This document shows, piece after piece, positions 34,716 through 44,416 of a DNA stretch of 44,416 nt. Source of the stretch: Octopus bimaculoides (lineage: Eukaryota); contig NC_068998.1 in assembly GCF_001194135.2 (NCBI RefSeq), positions 44,737,400 to 44,781,815 on the forward strand, given 5' to 3'. The notes below the pieces were generated by a model, which was not told where the DNA came from, did no database searches, and saw only the letters and a list, made by a program, of their open reading frames with translations. The stretch's first letter is position 1; each line of letters opens with the position of its first letter. The position numbers were made by a program, and so were the translations under genes.

Positions 34716-35244
34716 CTGCGAAGAAGCAGCATGTCTGGAACAACTAGCATTAGTTCCTACACAAGAGAAGCTTTCCTCTAACATCTGTTACATCGATATA
34801 GATTATTTGTTAAATAATAGCAATACTTTATGATATTTTTGCAGCTGAGAGACCCATCTTCCTATAAGTGTTGACTTGTATTTTATGAGTAACTTTTCAG
34901 TAGATTTGAAGAGTGTTTCAGATTTGATGTTCTTCCAATATTTACAATGGTGATATTTTTCAATTAACTCCTTGTCTTTATTTCATTAATCTACCATGTA
35001 AAAGGATTCTACTTTTTAATGTATCTAATTCAAGATGATCTGCTAATTTTATATGCATCATTTCTTAAATAAATATCATAACATGAGTCGCGGCTTTTTG
35101 ATGATGGCTGAGATTCTCATATTTCTTGTTAATTGAGACTGACTTTGAATGTGATATATATACATATACATACATATATATACATACATACATATATATA
35201 TATATGTATGTATGTATGCATATATGTATGTATATTGTATAAAT

Positions 35245-35458
35245 GCAGTGAGCTGGCAGAATTGTTAGCACATGAGACAGAATGTTTAGTGGCATTTCGA
35301 GTACCTTCACATTCTGTGTTCAAATTCTGCTGAGGGCCACATTGCCTTTCATCCTTTCGAGGTCGATAAAATAAGTACCAGTTAAGTTCTGGGGTCAATG
35401 TAGTCAACTTACCCCTTCTCCACCAAAATTTCTGGCCTTGTGCTAAAATTTGAAATCA
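35245..35458 (+). mobile_element. SINE family E copy
   Basis: GAGCTGGCAGAATTGTTAGCA...GTTCAAATTCTGC...GCCTTTCATCCTTTCGAGGTCGATAAAATAAGTACCAG...AAATTTGAAATC. Confidence 0.8.
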
Positions 35459-36316
35459 GTATATATTTATGTACATATATACACATCTGCTTGTATGTAT
35501 GTGTGTGCATTTGTGTTGGTTTGTATATACATTTTTACATGGTAGTTTATATATGTAATTTAGTTTTTCTTTATTCTGAATGTCTAAGCAATTGTGTGTA
35601 ATTTAATCCATACCATGGTTTTAAATTATGGGTCCATAATATTTATCAATATTCTCATAATATTGATTTCTCTCATTGATTACTCTCAACATAAAATATT
35701 ATATTCTCATTATGCAGAGTTTCTTCTCGAGTGATTATCAGATTACTGGGAGACACTTGTGTTCTTTGAAAAGTTTTACCAATTTTAAAATTTTCATTCC
35801 CTTCTATTCACTTAATGTATCCAATTTAGCCTACGAAAATTTTCTTTGAAACTCATTTCCAACACCAAAACCATTTCAATATTTTTTTTTTTCTTAGTTA
35901 CACATCTGTCTTCAATACTCTGTTGTTTAATCTCTGTGTATCACTACAGTATCCATCTCTTTTACTTTCTTTTTATAGCATCTAATTACTGTTATTATAT
36001 CGTTAAATCATAATTATGACTATAACCACCGTGCGTTTTTTAAAAATTTGATATTCCTCCAGTCAGTAGTTTTACGTCATTGATACCATGTTATTGTAGT
36101 TGCTGCCTTTTCAATGCTATAATGATAGTCCAACAGCAATGTCAACGTGCACTGTGTCTTTGGATCAGGTATCTTCACCAGCTCCATCTTAAACAAATTA
36201 AAAATCACAAAATCAGCAGAATCATATCCAGTTGATAACAGTCTCAGTTTCAAAGATTCTGAGATGACCTTTTAAATCTGGCAGCATCTTATTTACAAAC
36301 TATAGTTGTTATAGAT

Positions 36317-37049
36317 CAGGGGTTGTCAACCATTTCTTATCTATGGCGCAGGAGTGGCTGTGTGGTAAGTAGCTTGCTTACCAACCGCATGGTTCCGAGT
36401 ACATTCCCACTGCGTGGCATCTTGGGCAAGTGCCTTCTACTATAGCCTCGGGCCGACCAAACCCTTGTGAGTGGATTTGGTAGACGGAAACTGAAAGAAG
36501 CCTGTCGTACATATGTATTTATATATGTATGTGTGTGTATATGTTTGTGTGTCTGTGTTTGTCCCCCCAACATCGCTTGACAACCGATGGTGGTGTGTTT
36601 ACGTCCCCGTAACTGAGCGGTTTGTCAAAAGAGACCGATAGAATAAGTACTAGGCTTACAAGGAATAAGTCCTAGGGTCGGTTAACTTGACTAAAAGTCA
36701 GTGCTCCAGCATGGCCACAGTCAAATGACTGAAACAAGTAAAAGAGTATGGATCCATTTGTTTATATTTTTATTTTAGTGGACCCCACCATAGCCATTCA
36801 TTGTTTAAAAACTAATTTTATAAAAAACTTCTTCCAAGATTTCTGTTTTGTTTTTCACACATTAACTTATGTAGGTTGGACTGTGTAAAATGTTAAAGAA
36901 TGAAACCTAGCTGTCTTGCAGTATATACATACATTTAAAGCAACATTTTTTCAGGGGCCCTTAAAATGTTATTTTGGATCCCTAACTTACTGTTTTGTAG
37001 CATGGACCTCCCCTCAAATTCTTATATGGACCCCAGCTGAGAACCACTG
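36317..37049. mobile_element. hAT (Charlie-like) MITE with 8-bp TSD
   Basis: Termini CAGGGGTTGTCAAC and GCTGAGAACCACTG are imperfect TIRs (11/14). Flanks TTATAGAT (36309-36316) and TTATAGAA (37050-37057) match at 7/8 and resemble the NTCTAGAN Charlie target. Confidence 0.75.
36345..36746 (+). mobile_element. Young family A SINE nested in the hAT MITE
   Basis: Near-identical to 28871-29263; flanked by TAT(GG) on both sides, 28 bp inside the MITE left end. Confidence 0.9.
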
Positions 37050-37149
37050 TTATAGAAGTTTAACATCTAAACAAATCTAATGATTCATCAAGCATGTTTC
37101 TAGCCATGACCAACCTGTCTTTTTCTGGTATTCTCTATCTGGAACTACA

Positions 37150-37500
37150 TTCCTTCCTTCCCATCCCTTGACTTTATGGCCATTGGGCCATTCATTGATG
37201 ATGTCTCAATCAGATTTTGCCACTTCTCATGGTCTTCTGCTGCTTTCTTTGAGTTTTTGGTCATCTCATGAATGTATCATGGGCAAGTTAGCATGGCAGC
37301 ACTTTTTCCTCTCCAAGCTGTTAACCACGACCATATGCCCCTACTTGAGACACACCATGACTGTTGACCTGAGCAGGCTCCTCTGCTCAAGCTGGTGACT
37401 CATTGGGAAGGCTTACATGGAGTATTTTGCCTACTGGTGCAGTTTTAACAAAAATCCCATCATTTTCTTTAGCCCACCAGCTGAAGTGGGGTACCAGGGT
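37150..37500 (-). mobile_element. RTE-like LINE 3' fragment
   Basis: The minus strand encodes ...ADHEKWQNLIETSSMNGP.AIKSR, resembling the RTE C-terminal DR..WR segment. The assignment is partly from memory. Confidence 0.5.
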
Positions 37501-38337
37501 GTGGTGCTAGAGTCATCAAATGAGGTCAGTGCTCATCTAGCAGACTTCTTTAATTATTCTAGGAATATAATTTACCATCAGCTTCTTTAATTTTTCTAGG
37601 AACATATTTTCCAATATGTCATTTTTATTTTAAAGACAGTGGAGTGTAATTTAAGGGAGACTTGACTGCTGTTTTTAGCAACCACTTAGAAGCTTCTCCC
37701 CATATGTCTATAGTTGTTATCATTGCTGCTTAGACTTGATTTAGCCTTGATCCAGCAGATCTATGATCAAAAGGTATTCCAGCTGTGACCAACTATCTTT
37801 TACTGTTTGTTCAGTCATAGTATATCTAGGACTACAGTATCCAATGTCTCTTTCCATTTTTCTCAGATCTAGCAACCACGTAGACAAGGTGGCAGCTCAC
37901 ATGTTGGCATGATAAAAACTTTGTAATTTTTGTATTGGGAATAGATTAAACAAAGTAGTTCACTTTAATACTGCTGCCAACCTTTGGTGCCAAGTAGCAA
38001 AAGACACACATTAACAGCAAAACCTCCAAGTGGAGCAGATCAAGTTCAAAAACATACCATGTTTTATTTTTTGTGTATGTTTTTATTTCTCGTCTGTTGT
38101 AAAGAAGAAACAAAAATGAAAGTCAAATCTTTCCTAAAGACCAGCTGCCATATCTTTAGTTCTGTTTGGTATATAAGCTTATGTTTCAGCTTATGTTTCA
38201 AATGAGACAACCTCTATGTGGTTGCTCACCTAGTTAGAAATAGCAGCCCAAATCCTCTCAAAATCACACCAGAGCCAGATTTGAAATCATAACTTAAAGT
38301 GCTATAAGTAAATACTTCGGAGTACTTTTTTTTATTC

Positions 38338-38497
38338 CAGAGGTGGTTGTGTGGTAAGAGGCTTGCTTCCTAATCACATAGTTTTGGGTTCAGACCCACA
38401 ACATGGCACCTTGTACAAGTATCTTCCACTACAGCCTCAGGCTGACCAAATCCTTGTGAGTGGATTTGGTTGACAGAAACTGAAAGATGCCTGATGT

Positions 38498-38547
<50 letters not shown>

Positions 38548-38624
38548 TTGTGCGTGTGTATACACACAACACTGGTTGTCAGGCTGTAGTGAAGAACAAA
38601 CGCACATACATACATATGTACGAA

Positions 38625-38659
<35 letters not shown>

Positions 38660-38700
38660 TACACCACAACTTGACAACTGGTGTTGGTTTGTTTGTGTTT
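38338..38700 (+). mobile_element. Family A SINE, 3'-truncated, with expanded microsatellite slot
   Basis: Head and body at 38338-38490, compound TA/TG/CA slot, start of the 3' module. Confidence 0.75.
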
Positions 38701-38705
38701 CCATA

Positions 38706-38916
38706 ATTCCCTAAACATTTGTAATGGAAATCTATATACGTAACAGGGATACACTCTTCAATGTTTAGGACAGTTCACATGGGTGTCAGGATTTCATCAC
38801 AATACTGACAATAGTACCAGTTATATTTTTGGGTTGGTTTTGATTAATCCACTTGATTCCCTAAACATTTGTGTCAGAAATCTATATACGTAACCGGGAG
38901 AACTTTTCAAACGTTT
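38706..38916 (+). repeat. Two imperfect ~60-nt direct repeats exactly 150 nt apart
   Basis: ATTCCCTAAACATTTGT-(4)-GAAATCTATATACGTAAC-N-GGGA...TTCAA..GTTT at 38706 and 38856. Confidence 0.85.
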
Positions 38917-39935
38917 CCAGCTACGATGGACAGAGAAATAGCTTGACCAGCAACTTAAATAAATGTGTCATAGTTTTTAATTAATTTTCAAGTCGAAAAA
39001 TGCTGGTGGAAATTTATGGCTACAACAGCAAAGATTAATTTTCTGCAAAAGCGAAGTATTATAGACTTCCAAGACAAGATTGTGTGGAGGCCAATTTTGC
39101 TTCCGTTTCCTCCACACTATATTAACATTAAAAATTCGAGCACAGCTGCCATATGACATGTGATTACTTTGGTGTATGATATTTTCTTGTGTTTTATCAT
39201 TTATTAATGAGGATGGAATAATCAACATGATCACTTTAGCAACAATAATCTTCTTCTCTATTAGCGTCTTCAGTGTCAGCATCTTCTCTATCATCATCAT
39301 CATCATCATCATTTTTTTCTCTTTGCAGGATTGTCTCAGCCTTGTCTTCATCATCATCATCGTCATCGTCTTTTATAAACATCACCTACCTCCAATTTCA
39401 CCTCCAATACTACTACTACTACCATCATCATCATCATCGTCATCATCATCATCAGGAGCTGCAGTTGCAGTCTAACTATTTTGCTCCTCGTTCTAAAAGG
39501 TTTCAAAGTAGGTGTGAACTTGTAGCCATAACAGCATCATCCAATTCATTAAATTTCTTCAATGATCCTCTTTAAATTCTGTGATAGATTAGTTAAGTAA
39601 CTTAATCGTTATTCTGGTAACATGAGTGTGAAAATAGTTTGAAGTCATCCACATTTGTTAAAACATGTTACCCCCAGAACATGCTATAATGAGGGAACCT
39701 GTATGTGATTATTTGATGAGTTAGAAAGAGCAGCCAAATATCCCTCATATCACAACCCTTAAATTGTTAGAAAGGGAAGGATACATACATAAGTTAGTTC
39801 CAGAATGCTATATTCAAAAAAACAAAAAGAAAAAAAAAGACAGGATGGTCATGGCTGGAATGACTTTGATCATAGGCCTGCTCAATCAAGGCTGATCTTG
39901 GCTAAACAACAGCTTTATATCTTGTCATTTACAAG

Positions 39936-39981
39936 GATGAACTCCAGTGAACTAAGGCTCTGTTTTACTTCATAGGTAAGT
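39936..39981 (+). other. Candidate 40-nt non-coding exon and/or recursive splice site
   Basis: CTTGTCATTTACAAG|GATGAAC...CTCTGTTTTACTTCATAG|GTAAGT. All three frames contain stops. Confidence 0.25.
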
Positions 39982-40403
39982 AAAAGGGATGTAAAGTTGC
40001 TAATAGTTATTTGGTTATTTAGTACCAGTATTTGTGTGTATATGAGTACGTATGTGAGTGTTTGTAGTGTAACGTGTATTTTCTGGGGTTTTTTTCTTTT
40101 TTTTCTTTTTTTTTTTTCAAAGAAAAATAAACAGCAATCAAACTTTAGCACTCTTGCGTTCCCACTTCACTACAATGTTTAAGAATTTCTTAAATGAACC
40201 AATCCAAGAAAAAAATGTACAGATAAAAATGATAATATTAAAAAAAAAAAATGTCAGAAATAAAAAAAAAAATACATGAAGAACTAGAATGAATTAAGAA
40301 GGAACAGGAAGGCCAAGCCTTGGATGTAGTGTTTGAAACTTTATCTGAAATTGAATTTTCCTTTGCAATAAGTAAGTAATTAACTTTGGAATATAGCCAT
40401 TAT

Positions 40404-40434
<31 letters not shown>

Positions 40435-41237
40435 AAAAGAAATAAATAGATATAAATAAACATTCTATTACAAAATTAAGTTTGGCAAATATATTGCTAT
40501 TGGAATATCCATTAAATCCAAGATGTATGTTTAGGTCTTCTATTACTTGTATTTTTATTTTATTTTATCAATATTATTTCTTTATTAATTTTTGGTCTTT
40601 GGTGTGTTGGGACTTATGTGAAAAGAATTACTAATTATTTTTTTTTAATTATTTTAGTTTTTTTGTTTTTAATGTTTTATATTTTTGTCTTTAATTAAGA
40701 ATTTTGGTAAGTGGTTACTAGTTGTATAAAGGTGTGGTTTGTCTGTGTTCAGTTAATTATATATCTACTGCTTATACGTGACTCACTGCTGTCGTGTTAT
40801 AACACCAGTGGCAAAGTACCAACATGGATTCTCTTGTAGTCATGTCAGATAACAGTCTGATAGTGTTGATGATACAGGAGGATGCTGGCTAGTGTATAAT
40901 GAGACTAACAGGAACTAATCAGGGCTAGGCCTAGCTGGGCAAGTCTGGGCTGGGCTAAGATTAGCTGTTTCAAAGAAACACTCAAATATGGTTCCAGGTT
41001 TAGCATTACCAGCATGTGTCTTCTACCACAACCTGCAGCCAACCCAATTTTTGTGAGTGAATTTGGGTAGGCAGGATCGTTTTATTCATCAGCTGTTTAA
41101 CACCACCATCTGGCCCCTGGCTACCTTTGCTGGCATTTATTCTGTTGCAAGTTTTCAGACCAGCTCTTTGGTATCATGATAACTCAAATAGTTTATTACA
41201 TTTCTTCCTACTGAGGTAAATTGACTGAATCCTTTAA

Positions 41238-41453
41238 CCCTTTAGCATTTATACCAGGCATATCTAGCCCAAATATTCTCTATGCTATGTTTAAATGAGC
41301 CATATCTGACCTCTTACACCTATCCTGTAATATCATTCTAAAAATAAACTATCACATTGAAATCTTGAAGTTATAAGATAATGCAATGGTTAATTAAAAA
41401 CAATGTCAATAAACAAATATTATATTTCACAAAGTAATCTGAATTCTAAAGGT
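41238..41453. mobile_element. piggyBac-type MITE with TTAA target-site duplication
   Basis: TTAA (41234-41237)|CCCTTTAGCATTT ... GAATTCTAAAGGT|TTAA (41454-41457); 216 bp, non-coding. Confidence 0.75.
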
Positions 41454-41559
41454 TTAAATCTAAGATAGAATAACTTGCAGGATTTCTTTTGGAGTTCTGC
41501 ATTCTCACTTCAAACCCTACCAAGTTCATCTTTGTACCCTTTAAGAGTCTTCTAATGAA

Positions 41560-41830
41560 GTAACAGTTGATAAATAAAGTACCAGCCAACAAATAAAATA
41601 CCAGTTGAGGACAGCAGATTAGAGGACTTATTGGAATATCAGACAGCAAGCCTGCTGTATCTTTTCTAGTGCATTATATTCTGATAGCAATATCTGTGAT
41701 GACACTGGCACCAAACCGTACTGGCATTGCTTTTCATGTAAACAATTTTGGTGGTGTGGAGAGAGGAAACGTGCATAGTCTTCCATTAAAAATTTGTCCA
41801 GTTCTGCACCTTAGAAAGAAATTTTCCAGG
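41560..41830 (-). mobile_element. Possible highly decayed CR1/Jockey-type LINE RT C-terminal fragment
   Basis: Minus frame GAELDKFLMEDYARFLSPHHQ...LEKIQQACCLI loosely resembles the ..SP.QL...L..IQ.RA.RLI motif. Weak. Confidence 0.3.
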
Positions 41831-42176
41831 GGTAGATCCATGGTTTCCCGAAATGTAACAAAATCTCAAACTGTGGCAATTTGTAAGTTATGGTGGTAGA
41901 GGTAAGTATAGTGGCAGGAAGAGGTAAATATAGTGACAGGGAGAGGAGAAGGAAAGATAACTAGTCGAACAGAAGGGTGATCAAAATAAAATATGAGAGG
42001 AGAACAGTGTTAAGAATGAAAGCATATCAAGAAATATGGTTCTGGTTAGTGGAAGAACTAACTAATAGCAAAGAAAAGACATGAAATATGTAGTTCTATT
42101 TTTATCTATATAAAGAACATATATCTATATACATTATTACATATATATATATATATATATTATTATNNNNNNNNNN

Positions 42177-42222
<46 letters not shown>

Positions 42223-43139
42223 ACACCGTTTGATTTCGTTCTATGTGACTTAGTTTTGCAGGGTTCTAACCGAAGCCCAACTCTTTCAGACTTTGGAGTA
42301 CCAATATATATATATACACTCAAACACACATACATGCATGCACATACATAAATACATGCATATATATATATATTCTTTTATATGTATGTGTGCCTGTATA
42401 CATGCCGATACAAACATACAATTATATACACATGACGTCATATATGTGTGTGCATCATGTGCTCACACACACATGTAAATGTTTACATTGATTTATTTGA
42501 TTAATGAATTAAAATCATATATATTGTATATCAGTATGTATATATGCACAAATACACACATATGTGGTTGTGTGTGTGTATGTGTGTGTAGGTATAAGTT
42601 TTCTCTGTGCTTTAGTATTAGTTCCGTTTTTATAAGGTTAATGCTAAGCTGTTGTCATACTGAAGAAAATTTCGCTTTGGTTTTAACGCTATTTTTTTGT
42701 TTATTCCTTTCCTTTGATGAAAACCTGGTTTGGTTTCATCAATTTTAATTTTTAATATAATCTTCTTAATACTTAAATGCAATAAAACAATATCATTACT
42801 GATTTTATTTATTATTTATGTTTATCATTTGTTTTTCATTTGTTTTAATTTTGTTTTTTTGTTTTTTTGTTTTTGATAGAATTACATTTTATGATAAAAT
42901 AAAGGCATTTATTTTGTATCTTGAAAAATAGATTGATATAAAAATCAGCAAAATTTTAAATTCCTTTCAAAACATCGTTTTTTCATAATTAAAAAATAAA
43001 AGATTTGATTCTTTTTTCTTTTCTATTTCTCAAATATACACATATACAATCACAGATATATACATATATACATTTACATATGCATGCATAGCATTATACA
43101 CATAAATATTGATAATCACACGAATGATTTCTGTCATCA

Positions 43140-43175
43140 GTTACTTCTTCATTATCACCATCATCATCTTCATCA

Positions 43176-43210
<35 letters not shown>

Positions 43211-43260
43211 TTTTTATTTTTTTATTGTTTTTGTTGTTGCTGTTGTTTTTGTTAATATTA
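43140..43260. repeat. (CAT)n/(TAT)n/(TGT)n triplet mosaic; a (GAT/GGT)n-derived block also lies at 43644-43900
   Basis: Direct reading. Confidence 0.75.
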
Positions 43261-44129
43261 TTGTTTCTTCTAAGGCCGTATTCTGTAGATATATCTCGAC
43301 GTTGTTAAGGAATGTAATTTAAGCTGCTTTAATATGATTAACCAGAATGGTAAAATAGTAAGATGGCATGGTTTCATCCATATTCTAAGAACTCTACAGT
43401 AATTCATGAATAATCTAATAGGAGAGTGTTGATATNNNNNNNNNNNNNNNNNNNNNNNNNNNNNNNNNNNNNNNNNNNNNNNNNNNNNNNNNNNNNNNNN
43501 NNNNNNNNNNNNNNNNNNNNNNNNNNNNNNNNNNNNNNNNNNNNNNNNNNNNNNNNNNNNNNNNNNNNNNNNNNNNNNNNNNNNNNNNNNNNNNNNNNNN
43601 NNNNNNNNNNNNNNNNNNNNNNNNNNNNNNNNNNNNNNNNNNNGGTGGCAGAGGCAGTAGTAAGAGCAATGCTAATTGAGGTGGTGGTGATGGTGGTGGG
43701 TGATTATGGTAGCAGTGGCATTGTTGGATCGGTGATTATTGAAAAAAAAAAAGCAGTGATGATGACAATGAAGATGAAGGTAATGATGACAATGATGCGG
43801 CTGATGATTATGATATGGCAGGATTTGGGGGTGGAGGGGGATCAATGGTTAGATATTGATGGTGGTGGGTGATTTAGGTCGCGGATGGTGCGGTGGTTTG
43901 AAAGTGGGGCAAGAAGAGCAGAAAAGAGGTAAAATCAGTTCAAGTGGAAAATTATTGATGGAAATTTAGATCAATACAGTCAAAAATATAATGGAATTTG
44001 CTGTTTTACCATTTCATTGTTATTTTATCTGACTTTTTACGTATTTTCTGGTTTTAATTTTGGAATAAAATATTCTGTCAAGAAATTTTATTTAATTAAA
44101 CAATATCATTCTGATAATTGATTTTCTTC

Positions 44130-44130
44130 A

Positions 44131-44191
<61 letters not shown>

Positions 44192-44416
44192 GTCATTATT
44201 ATATTTGAGTGAGAGAGCAGTGCATGCCATCAAAGTGACACTGGGGTAAAGTATACGAAGCCCTGTATACCCATCATGACTACCCATCTGATAAGGGTAC
44301 ACCAGGCACATGCATCACAACCAAATGTGCATGACATGGTGATCTCATATCTAGATAAACAGTGCATGACCTCACAGGTGGGGCCCAGTTAGAATTTTCT
44401 TCAGGTTTAGTAGCCC
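44130..44416 (-). mobile_element. 3' end of a non-LTR retroelement with (AAT)n tail, running off the window
   Basis: Higher-GC unique sequence abutting a long (ATT)n array at 44130-44190. I recall it as a common octopus repeat; clade not determined. Confidence 0.5.

Noticed and set aside
41725-41830. CRTGQIFNGRLCTFP resembling a chitin-binding (CBM14) cysteine motif
   Set aside because: Only two cysteines, no convincing donor, and the neighbouring frame looks more like a decayed LINE.
42715-42802. Box C/D snoRNA-like TGATGA...CTGA pair
   Set aside because: No terminal stem, box C lacks the purine, and the interior is low-complexity AT.
1-44416. CRISPR arrays, rRNA, snRNA, conserved bilaterian miRNAs, telomeric arrays, and protocadherin or C2H2 zinc-finger coding exons
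   Set aside because: None seen by eye on either strand; a formal Infernal or HMMER search would be needed to exclude divergent cases.

Overview
Eukaryotic, AT-rich draft-assembly window with many N-gaps, most of them next to (TA)n arrays. The repeat families look like those of an octopus (coleoid cephalopod) genome; this is recognition from memory, not a database match. I see no long intact coding region or recognisable gene: the ORF track is almost all microsatellite frames, gap-spanning frames, SINE frames and broken reverse-transcriptase pieces. The window reads as intronic or intergenic DNA packed with tRNA-derived SINEs (one composite family with about 15 copies or fragments, plus three or four other families), decayed RTE-clade LINEs (largest about 2.2 kb at 7.0-9.3 kb), a hAT-type MITE with a nested SINE, piggyBac-type MITEs and two Penelope-like terminal fragments. 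The most interesting signals are: (1) a textbook recursive-splice-site configuration on the + strand at 28421-28558 (branchpoint, polypyrimidine tract, CAG|GTAAGA, then a second donor 86 nt later), with weaker AG|GTAAGT sites at 1062 and 39975; (2) two decayed minimal hammerhead-ribozyme motifs, each keeping the core G the other has lost; (3) a 62-nt near-perfect hairpin; (4) several candidate microexons on both strands. All exon calls rest on splice signals alone and need RNA data.
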